DNA from: Candidatus Saganbacteria bacterium
Lineage (GTDB): Bacteria; Margulisbacteria; WOR-1; JAKLHX01
Direction of reading: 5' to 3'
Length of the DNA: 32,000 nucleotides
NCBI GenBank assembly: GCA_026387835.1
Contig: JAPLKZ010000010.1
Span: 266,379-298,378, forward strand
The translations under genes were made by a program, and so were the position numbers. Numbering within the stretch: position 1 is the first letter of the stretch; every line of letters starts with the position of its first letter. This document shows positions 25,448-32,000 of the stretch, one piece after another. The notes beneath the pieces were generated by a model that had not been told where the DNA came from, did not search any database, and saw nothing but the letters and a program-made list of their open reading frames with translations.

Positions 25448-26037
25448 TGGCTGATCTAGTTATTTATTTTATGCTCTCGGCCGTGGCACTCGCGGTGATA
25501 GGATATTTTATCGGCGCGGGAAAGATCTCTTTGAAGCCGGTCACTTTGCTTGTCATGTTCCTGATCCTGGTGCTGCCGGTCGGGCTGAATCTTTTTATCT
25601 GGATCTACTCGGGGACGATCCCCGAAGTGTTCGTCCCGGACGTACTTGGAAGTCCGGGCAGTGACGCGGTCGCAGTGCTTGAGAAGACTGGCCTTAAAGG
25701 CGAAATAGCCGGGATATCCTTCTCAAAAGAACCGGGCGGCACCGTCATCAGCCAGCAGCCCGAAGGCGGTAAAAAAGTCAAGGCGGGCCGCCTTGTCAAA
25801 CTGATCATCAGTGCAAGGGAAAGATCGGTCACCGTACCGAACCTTATCGGAAAGACAAGCACGGAAGCGGAAAGCATTCTTATTTCTTTCGGCCTTAATA
25901 TCGGCCAGGTGTTCGAAAGCCCGGGCGACGGAACGCTCGGTATAGTGACAGACCAGAAACCGGCCGTGGGAGAGGTCGTATCGCTGGGGTCCAACGTCTC
26001 GGTCACTATAACCGTAGGAAATGAAACCCGTGATTAA
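25444..26037 (+). CDS. Membrane-anchored protein with two PASTA domains
   Basis: Two N-terminal hydrophobic segments, then VPEVFVPDVLGSPGSDAVAVLEKTGL...VISQQPEGGKKVKAGRLVKLIIS and VTVPNLIGKTSTEAESILISFGL...VTDQKPAVGEVVSLGSNVSVTITV. Overlaps the kinase stop. Confidence 0.88.
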   Translation: MMADLVIYFMLSAVALAVIGYFIGAGKISLKPVTLLVMFLILVLPVGLNLFIWIYSGTIPEVFVPDVLGSPGSDAVAVLEKTGLKGEIAGISFSKEPGGTVISQQPEGGKKVKAGRLVKLIISARERSVTVPNLIGKTSTEAESILISFGLNIGQVFESPGDGTLGIVTDQKPAVGEVVSLGSNVSVTITVGNETRD

Positions 26038-26677
26038 GATAGCACCTTCAATATTATCAGCCGACTTCTCCAGGCTGGGGGAAGAGATCAGGGCTGTGGA
26101 AGCGGCCGGCGCGGACCTCATACATATCGACGTTATGGACGGGCATTTTGTGCCTAACATCACGATCGGCCCCGCGATCGTCAGAGCTGCAAGGCGCGTA
26201 ACGGCTCTTCCTCTGGATGTCCATCTTATGATAGAGGATCCCGCTAAATATATCCGTTCTTTTCTTGACGCGGGCAGTGATATAATCTCTTTTCACATCG
26301 AAACTGCAAAGGATCCTGACAAAGTGATCCGGGAGATCAAAAATTCCGGCAAGGGCGCGGCGATCGCGCTGAACCCTGACACAGACATAAAAAAAATAGA
26401 ACCATATCTGGAAAAGATAAAGATGGTCCTTGTAATGTCTGTATTCCCGGGGTTTGAAAAGCAGGTTTTCATCCCGAGTGTCCTCCCGAACATAAAAAAG
26501 CTGCGCGATATCATTTCGGCAAAAAAGCTGGATGTCGACATCGAGGTGGACGGCGGCATAAACCCGATCACGTCTAAAGACGTCATTTCCGCCGGCGCAA
26601 ATATCCTTGTCGCGGGATCTGCGGTCTTTTACGGCGATGATTACAAAAAAGCCATTCGGTCAATAAGAAATGCTTGA
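26021..26677 (+). CDS. rpe: Ribulose-phosphate 3-epimerase
   Basis: IAPSILSADFSRLGEEIRAVEAAGADLIHIDVMDGHFVPNITIGP, LDVHLMIEDP, VLVMSVFPGFEKQ, DIEVDGGINPIT. Confidence 0.96.
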   Translation: MKPVIKIAPSILSADFSRLGEEIRAVEAAGADLIHIDVMDGHFVPNITIGPAIVRAARRVTALPLDVHLMIEDPAKYIRSFLDAGSDIISFHIETAKDPDKVIREIKNSGKGAAIALNPDTDIKKIEPYLEKIKMVLVMSVFPGFEKQVFIPSVLPNIKKLRDIISAKKLDVDIEVDGGINPITSKDVISAGANILVAGSAVFYGDDYKKAIRSIRNA

Positions 26678-26685
26678 TAAATAAA

Positions 26686-27795
26686 ATGACCCCACAAAAA
26701 AATGGCGCTGATATAAAATTCATGAGAGAGGCGCTAAAGCTTGCCTCAAAAGTTTTGGGCCTTGTCTCGCCAGATCCCGCAGTCGGAGCGGTGATCGTCA
26801 AGAACGGGAAGATCATCAGCAAAGGATATCATAATAAATTTTCAACCCCCCACGCCGAGGACTATGCGATCAGGAAAGCAGGGAAATCTGCAAAAGGATC
26901 TACCCTTTATATCAACCTTGAGCCCTGCTGCCATTATGGCAACAATCCGCCGTGCACTGATAACATCATAAGGTCCGGGATAAAAAGGGTCGTCGCTGCC
27001 ATGAAAGACCCTAATCCTCTCGTCAACGGCAAGGGCTTTAAAAGGTTGAAAAAGGCCGGAATAAAAGTTGACGTCGGCTTACTTGAAAATGAGGCCGCAG
27101 TGCTCAACGAGTTTTTTGTCGGGCATATCACGACAAAAAGACCTTTTGTGATACTGAAGATGGCGATGAGCCTTGACGGAAAGATTGCCACTAAACTCGG
27201 GGAGAGCCGCTGGATTTCCGGAGATAAATCAAGGGAATTTGTGCATTATTTAAGGGGCATCGTCGATGCGGTTATGGTAGGCATCGGAACTTTGCTTAAG
27301 GATGATCCTCTGCTTAATGTGAGAAATGCAAAAGGCAAAAATCTCACTGACCCGCTGAAGATAATAATCGATCCTGAAGCAAGGGTCCTCCTATGCTCAA
27401 AAGTCCTACAAGACCCGTCAAGGGTTATCGTTGCCGTATCTGAAGCGGCCCCGGCTATCAGGGTAAAAAAGCTGGAAGGCATCGGCGCAAAAGTGATAAA
27501 GGTAAGGTCCCGTAAAGGAGAAATGGACCTTGGCCATCTTTTATCAACCCTTGGAAAACAAAAAATAACAAGTATCATGATCGAGGGCGGCGGGAATCTG
27601 GCGGCCTCTGCCATCGGGACTGGGATTGTCGATAAGGTCGTGTTCATCGTTGCACCAAAGATAATCGGTGGCAAGACGTCCCCTACCCCGGTTGAAGGCA
27701 AAGGGATCGATATCCTGGCGCGCGCACTCCGCCTGAAAAATGTCTCCACAAGAAGGCTTGGCGAGGATATAATAATAGAAGGATATTTAAAATGA
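26686..27795 (+). CDS. ribD: Bifunctional diaminohydroxyphosphoribosylaminopyrimidine deaminase / uracil reductase
   Basis: MREALKLASKVLGLVSPDPAVGAVIV, HAEDYAI, YINLEPCCHYGNNPPCTDNI, reductase LKMAMSLDGKIATKLGESRWISG and ITSIMIEGGGNLAASAI. Confidence 0.95.
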   Translation: MTPQKNGADIKFMREALKLASKVLGLVSPDPAVGAVIVKNGKIISKGYHNKFSTPHAEDYAIRKAGKSAKGSTLYINLEPCCHYGNNPPCTDNIIRSGIKRVVAAMKDPNPLVNGKGFKRLKKAGIKVDVGLLENEAAVLNEFFVGHITTKRPFVILKMAMSLDGKIATKLGESRWISGDKSREFVHYLRGIVDAVMVGIGTLLKDDPLLNVRNAKGKNLTDPLKIIIDPEARVLLCSKVLQDPSRVIVAVSEAAPAIRVKKLEGIGAKVIKVRSRKGEMDLGHLLSTLGKQKITSIMIEGGGNLAASAIGTGIVDKVVFIVAPKIIGGKTSPTPVEGKGIDILARALRLKNVSTRRLGEDIIIEGYLK

Positions 27796-28649
27796 AGGTC
27801 CTTGAACTTATTTTCATAACGATGCAACCGTCAAGATGGTGGCGTTGCAGCGTGATACTTATTTCTTTGTTCTTTACCGGAGGAGCATGGAATATTATAA
27901 TCATATTGAAAATGATCGTGGCTTTCCTGATATTTTCTCTCCTCACCGGTGCCATCAATATAATGGACGATATAGCCGACCTTGAAAAAGATAAGCAGGA
28001 CCTATTAAAGCGCACCAAGCCGCTGGCAAGCGGCGAACTGTCCGTGAACAAGGCCGAGTTTTCCGTCGCGATGCTGCTAATAGGCTCGTTTGTCGCCGCT
28101 TTTTTCTTCGGGCCGCTGTTCGGCGCTGCAGCGGTAGGTTATTTCTTCATCGAACTGTGCTATTATCTCTTTTTCAAAAAAATAGCCGTGGTCGACAGCC
28201 TCGCGATCGCTGGTGAAACCTGCATGCTGTTCATTGCCGGTACTGTCGCCTCGGGGAAAGTTCTTTCTTCGTGGCTTTTTGTCTTTGTAGTCGCGTCATC
28301 GGTCTTCCTGGTCTTCTGCGAGAACAAAAGGCGCCTTGCGCTGTCACCGGAAGACCAGGGACTTTTAAAAAAATACGGTGCGGCATCTTTGGGGCGGCTT
28401 ATCGATATCTCCGCTCCTTTTGTCCTTATCATCTATTCTTTATATACTCTGATATCTCCCGACGGGATAAGGTTCAATCTTGTGTATACCGTTCCCTTTG
28501 CCATGTATGCTGTCTACAGGATCATGATGCTGATAGATGAAAAGACCTCTGACAAAGGGTTTGAAAAAATACTGCTAAAGGATAGGAATTTCATTGTTGC
28601 AATTGGATCGTGGGCGGCGCTTCTTCTGGTATTGACCTCGATATTTTAA
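27792..28649 (+). CDS. UbiA-family membrane prenyltransferase, resembling decaprenyl-phosphate phosphoribosyltransferases
   Basis: QPSRWWR, NIMDDIADLEKDKQDLLKRTKPLASGELS, multiple TM segments, ENKRRLAL. Confidence 0.75.
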   Translation: MKVLELIFITMQPSRWWRCSVILISLFFTGGAWNIIIILKMIVAFLIFSLLTGAINIMDDIADLEKDKQDLLKRTKPLASGELSVNKAEFSVAMLLIGSFVAAFFFGPLFGAAAVGYFFIELCYYLFFKKIAVVDSLAIAGETCMLFIAGTVASGKVLSSWLFVFVVASSVFLVFCENKRRLALSPEDQGLLKKYGAASLGRLIDISAPFVLIIYSLYTLISPDGIRFNLVYTVPFAMYAVYRIMMLIDEKTSDKGFEKILLKDRNFIVAIGSWAALLLVLTSIF

Positions 28650-28656
28650 ATTTTTT

Positions 28657-28690
28657 TACTTCCCGCCTTCAAGAAGAAGGAACAGGACCG
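28657..28690. repeat. Detached copy of the pyrB 3' end (34 bp, 31/34 identical)
   Basis: TACTTCCCGCCTTCAAGAAGAAGGAACAGGACCG versus TACTTACCGCCCTCAAGGAGAAGGAACAGGACCG at 29458-29491; direct orientation. Confidence 0.85.
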
Positions 28691-28714
28691 TTCCGACTCT
28701 TTCACAAAGTGTAA

Positions 28715-29284
28715 TTATTTTAAGTCCTCAACAAGACGGACCGCAATAATGTAGTCACGAAACCACGATGGTTGGGTGTGGCGGTTCTCGATGTGCAAGC
28801 AGCGAAGGGCAAAGGATCTTTTTTCAACGGGGGTTTCTGTCCATTCCCATTTGCTTCCGGATAGTTTACTTCCGATTGTTGCCGCGGCATCTAGCCATTC
28901 TTTTTCGGTTGGGAGCCTAAAACTTCTTCCTGTCATTTCGCTCAACCATTTAGCATATGCCCGGCCATCATTCAAGTTTAAATATATTGCCGTTATTGTT
29001 TGACCGGGAAGGGTTGACACTAGAAGGTTTGCTTTGTCTCCGGTGATCGCGTATTTTGCGCTATCAACAAATTGGCGGAATTGGTCAGTCGTGACCTCCC
29101 CTTTCATTATTCTAATAGGCTTTCCGGTAATTTTTGCGAACGCCGGTATTTGCATGCGCGTTAAGATTGTATCATCCCCTTGTTTTATTCTATCTGCTAC
29201 TGATAATAAGCGCCTAAAGTCTATTCTTGACACGGGTTTCCCGCCGCTCATCCATCCGCTCATGGTCCCTCTAATATTATTCAC
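28715..29284 (-). CDS. Compact FGE/SUMF1-domain (C-type-lectin-like fold) protein
   Basis: MKGEVTTDQFRQFVDSA...YLNLNDGRAYAKWLSEMTGRSFRLPTEKEWLDAA...KWEWTETP...AVRLVED. GTG start preceded by AAAGGAG. Confidence 0.75.
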   Translation of the reverse strand: MNNIRGTMSGWMSGGKPVSRIDFRRLLSVADRIKQGDDTILTRMQIPAFAKITGKPIRIMKGEVTTDQFRQFVDSAKYAITGDKANLLVSTLPGQTITAIYLNLNDGRAYAKWLSEMTGRSFRLPTEKEWLDAAATIGSKLSGSKWEWTETPVEKRSFALRCLHIENRHTQPSWFRDYIIAVRLVEDLK

Positions 29285-29358
29285 TACTTTTCTCCTTTTG
29301 ATATTTTCGCCCTTATCTACGGCCGCTCAAATTAGGGCTCTATTTCCCATCTACATAT

Positions 29359-29389
29359 TTATCGAAAAAAAACATCTGGGATTTCACTT
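29359..29389 (-). promoter_or_regulatory. Putative sigma-28-type promoter P6: AAGTGAAA-N15-TTCGATAA
   Basis: Same TGAAA-N15-nnCGATAn layout; 75 nt upstream of the FGE-like gene start. Confidence 0.55.
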
Positions 29390-29456
29390 TATTTTGGCGG
29401 ACTTAGGAAAGTCTGGCGGGACGGCGAAAGCCTGTGATTTTCTGATCAGCGGTCTT

Positions 29457-30380
29457 CTACTTACCGCCCTCAAGGAGAAGGAACAGGACCGCCATCCGGA
29501 CGGCGACGCCATTGGTCACCTGGTCAAGGATCACGTTATATGGGCCGTCGGCAACATCGGAGCTGAGTTCGACTCCCCTGTTTATCGGACCGGGATGCAT
29601 GACAATAATATCCTTTTTAGCCTTTTTGAGCCTTTCCGCCGTGACGCCGTAAAGCTTGTGGTATTCAAGAAGCGACGGAAAAAGACCGCCCTTCTGCCTT
29701 TCAAGCTGGATGCGCAGCACATTCACAAAATCCGCGTTCTCAAGCTCCTTGTCCAGGTCATATGAAACTTTCGCGCCGGTCTCTTCGATGCCTTTCGGGA
29801 TGAGCGTCGGAGGACCGACGAGAGAGACCGAAGCTCCGAGCTTTAAAAGCCCCCACGTGTTGCTGCGCGCGACACGGCTGTGCAGAATATCTCCGACGAT
29901 CACCACTTTTTTGCCTTTCACGGAACCTTTTTTCTCTATCATCGTGAAGATATCCAGAAGCGCCTGGGTCGGATGTTCGTTGCAGCCGTCACCTGCATTT
30001 ATGACGGGACCGGAAACATGCCCGGCTATCAGGTGCGGAGCGCCTGCCATGCTGTGCCGCATTATTATGGCATCGGTCCCGATAGCTTCAAGATTTCTGG
30101 CGGTATCTATCAGTGTCTCGCCTTTCACGACGCTGCTGGTGCCGGCGGCAATGCTGTTGGTCGATGCCGAAAGAAGTTTTGCCGCTGTTTCAAAAGAATT
30201 CTTTGTCCGCGTGCTCGGCTCGTAAAAAAGCGTGGTCACTATCTTGCCGGAAAGCGCGGGAACGGTCCTCATCGGCCGCGAGAGGATCTCTTTCATGCTT
30301 TCTGCGGTGTTGAGTATCTGATTGATCTCGCCGGCGGACAGTTCTTTGAGACCGAGGAGGTCTTTTGACTTTAGCGCCAT
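29457..30380 (-). CDS. pyrB: Aspartate carbamoyltransferase catalytic subunit
   Basis: TLFYEPSTRTKNSFETAAKLLSA, INAGDGCNEHPTQALLDIFTM, VVIVGDILHSRVARSN, MHPGPINRGVELSSDVAD. Confidence 0.96.
   Translation of the reverse strand: MALKSKDLLGLKELSAGEINQILNTAESMKEILSRPMRTVPALSGKIVTTLFYEPSTRTKNSFETAAKLLSASTNSIAAGTSSVVKGETLIDTARNLEAIGTDAIIMRHSMAGAPHLIAGHVSGPVINAGDGCNEHPTQALLDIFTMIEKKGSVKGKKVVIVGDILHSRVARSNTWGLLKLGASVSLVGPPTLIPKGIEETGAKVSYDLDKELENADFVNVLRIQLERQKGGLFPSLLEYHKLYGVTAERLKKAKKDIIVMHPGPINRGVELSSDVADGPYNVILDQVTNGVAVRMAVLFLLLEGGK
29458..29491. repeat. Functional pyrB 3'-end copy of the 34-bp direct repeat
   Basis: See 28657-28690. Confidence 0.85.
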
Positions 30381-30423
30381 GTTGATTTTTGCCTTCGGTT
30401 ATTATATCATACACAAGGAAGCA

Positions 30424-31686
30424 ATGAAAATCTTAGCTCTCAACTGCGGAAGCTCCTCCGTAAAATACCAGCTCTACGATTGGACCCAGAAAAAGGTAAT
30501 TTGTAAGGGGATGGCCGACCGCGTCGGACTTCCCTCGGGTTCACTATGTCACGAAGTGCCCGGGAAGCCGGACCTGGTCCTTGAAAAGGATTGCCCAAAC
30601 CATTGCGTTGCGATCGACCAGATACTTAAAGTGCTTGTTGATCCCGGTTACGGCATGATCGCGGATATAAAAGAGATATCCGCCGTGGGCCACAGGGTAG
30701 TGCACGGCGGGGAAAAATTCCAGCGCTCGGTAAAGATAGATGATGACGTGCTCGCGGCAATAAAAGAAGTCAAGGACCTTGCCCCGCTGCATAACCCTCC
30801 CAACATCGAGGGGATTGAAGCCGCAATGAAAGTCCTTCCGGAAGTCCCCCATGTAGCTGTATTTGATACCGCATTTCACCAGACAATGCCGCCGGAAGCA
30901 TATCTGTATGCCGTGCCTTTTGAATGGTACAAGATGTATGGCGTAAGGAAATACGGATTTCACGGCACTTCCCATCTTTATGTCTCAAAAAGGGCCGCGG
31001 TACTTTTGAAGAAGAAGCCCACGGAAACAAATGTAATAACTCTTCATATAGGCAACGGGGTCAGTGTAGCGGCTATTAAAAACGGTGTCTCGATCGACAC
31101 ATCAATGGGACTGACTCCTCTTGCCGGCGCGATAATGGGGACCCGGAGCGGCGATCTTGATCCTGCGATCGTCATTTTTATGATCGAGAAAGAAGGTTTC
31201 TACGCGAAAGAGCTTGATAAAATTCTTAACAACAAAAGCGGCTTGCTGGGTATAACCGGCAAATACTCGGACAGACGCGAGATCGAAAAAGCTTCCGCCG
31301 CAGGCGATGAAAGGTGCCGGATGGCAATAGACATGGAAGCTTACAGGCTCAAAAAGATAATCGGTTCATACATCGCTTCGATAGGACAGGTAGACGCCAT
31401 CGTATTTACCGCGGGCGCAGGCGAGATGGACGCAAATCTCAGGGCCCGGACGCTGGCAGGGCTGGAATCTTTGGGGATTAAATTCGATCCCGTCAAAAAC
31501 GGGAACGCAAAGACCCACGGGGTCGAATCCGTAATATCGGCTGACGATTCAAAGATAAAGATCTTTGTTATTCCGACCAATGAAGAGCAGGTGTTCATCG
31601 AGGACGTGGTCGCGATCATTGAAGGCAGGTACGACATTCACACAAAGTTCACCTATTCTTTCCAAAGCGAGGATTACAAAATATGA
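30424..31686 (+). CDS. ackA: Acetate kinase
   Basis: MKILALNCGSSSVKYQLYD; GHRVVHGGEKF; VFDTAFHQTMP; FHGTSHLYVS; TLHIGNGVSVAAI. Start refined from the track 30322 to Met at 30424 with AAGGAAG upstream. Confidence 0.96.
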   Translation: MKILALNCGSSSVKYQLYDWTQKKVICKGMADRVGLPSGSLCHEVPGKPDLVLEKDCPNHCVAIDQILKVLVDPGYGMIADIKEISAVGHRVVHGGEKFQRSVKIDDDVLAAIKEVKDLAPLHNPPNIEGIEAAMKVLPEVPHVAVFDTAFHQTMPPEAYLYAVPFEWYKMYGVRKYGFHGTSHLYVSKRAAVLLKKKPTETNVITLHIGNGVSVAAIKNGVSIDTSMGLTPLAGAIMGTRSGDLDPAIVIFMIEKEGFYAKELDKILNNKSGLLGITGKYSDRREIEKASAAGDERCRMAIDMEAYRLKKIIGSYIASIGQVDAIVFTAGAGEMDANLRARTLAGLESLGIKFDPVKNGNAKTHGVESVISADDSKIKIFVIPTNEEQVFIEDVVAIIEGRYDIHTKFTYSFQSEDYKI

Positions 31687-32000
31687 GGGTGATCATAACA
31701 AAAGATTACGATGAGATGAGCAGAAAAGCCGCGGAATTCATCGTAAAGGAACTGAAAAATAAACCGGACTCGATATTGTGCCTTGCGACCGGGACCACAC
31801 CTGTCAGCACATATAAGGAACTTGTCCGCCTTTATAAAGATAAGAAAGTCGATTTTTCAAAGGTCTCGACATTCAATCTTGACGAGTATTACGGGCTTGC
31901 CGACGACCATCCGCAGAGCTATCACTATTTCATGAACGAACATCTTTTCAGGCATATCAACCTTAAAAAAAGCAACTCGATGATACCCGACGGAAAAGTC
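31683..32000 (+). CDS. nagB: Glucosamine-6-phosphate deaminase, 3' end beyond the window
   Basis: ATG overlaps the ackA stop. MRVIITKDYDEMSRKAAEFI...ILCLATGTTPVSTYKELVRLYK...TFNLDEYYGL...SYHYFMNEHLF. Not in the ORF track because it is open at the edge. Confidence 0.92.
   Translation, partial: MRVIITKDYDEMSRKAAEFIVKELKNKPDSILCLATGTTPVSTYKELVRLYKDKKVDFSKVSTFNLDEYYGLADDHPQSYHYFMNEHLFRHINLKKSNSMIPDGKV

Noticed and set aside
28715-28830. Possible diversity-generating retroelement variable region in the C-terminus of the FGE-like protein
   Set aside because: The fold is the type used by DGR targets, but there is no reverse transcriptase, no template repeat in the window and no enrichment of AAY codons.
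29400-29449. Resemblance of GGGACGGCGAAAGCC to a c-di-GMP-I riboswitch core
   Set aside because: The upstream GGCAAACC segment and the pseudo-receptor stem are missing, and that strand would read antisense into pyrB.
1-32000. CRISPR, phage, toxin-antitoxin or known defence systems
   Set aside because: No regularly spaced repeats, no Cas, integrase, transposase, restriction or nuclease defence signatures were seen in any frame. The helicases present are housekeeping PcrA/UvrD and RuvB.

Overview
This 32 kb window is dense and mostly vertical-looking chromosome from a diderm bacterium: BamA, TamB and a lytic transglycosylase are all present. The gene order is partial secreted protein (-); small protein / CheY-like receiver / histidine kinase / CaCA-like membrane exchanger (+); ROK kinase (-); a long minus-strand run slt-ruvB-tamB-bamA-rsmG-parA-parB; pcrA/uvrD (-); galT-tlyA (+); FGGY kinase (-); two small ORFs (-); carA / degenerate Ser/Thr kinase / PASTA protein / rpe / ribD / UbiA-like (+); compact FGE/SUMF1-like protein (-); pyrB (-); ackA-nagB (+, nagB truncated by the window edge). 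No tRNA, rRNA, CRISPR array, IS or integrase is visible. The most interesting signals are not ORFs. (1) Six intergenic sites share the architecture TGAAA-N15-nnCGAnAn with identical spacing. This resembles sigma-28/FliA/sigma-D promoters (one site has a perfect GCCGATAT). They sit in front of five non-housekeeping minus-strand transcription units. (2) The last 34 bp of pyrB are repeated 801 bp away, on the far side of the FGE-like gene. All differences across the pyrB 3' codons are at third positions, which looks like a small cassette inserted at a gene 3' end with reconstitution of the target gene. (3) Many sigma-70-dependent genes have their -10 box 6-10 nt from the start codon and no Shine-Dalgarno, which predicts leaderless or near-leaderless mRNAs. 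These include a nearly palindromic divergent pcrA/galT promoter. (4) An operon couples a Cys-motif histidine kinase to a divergent CaCA-type exchanger, and a pseudokinase lies next to a detached PASTA protein. All family assignments come from reading the sequence and known motifs; no database search was run.
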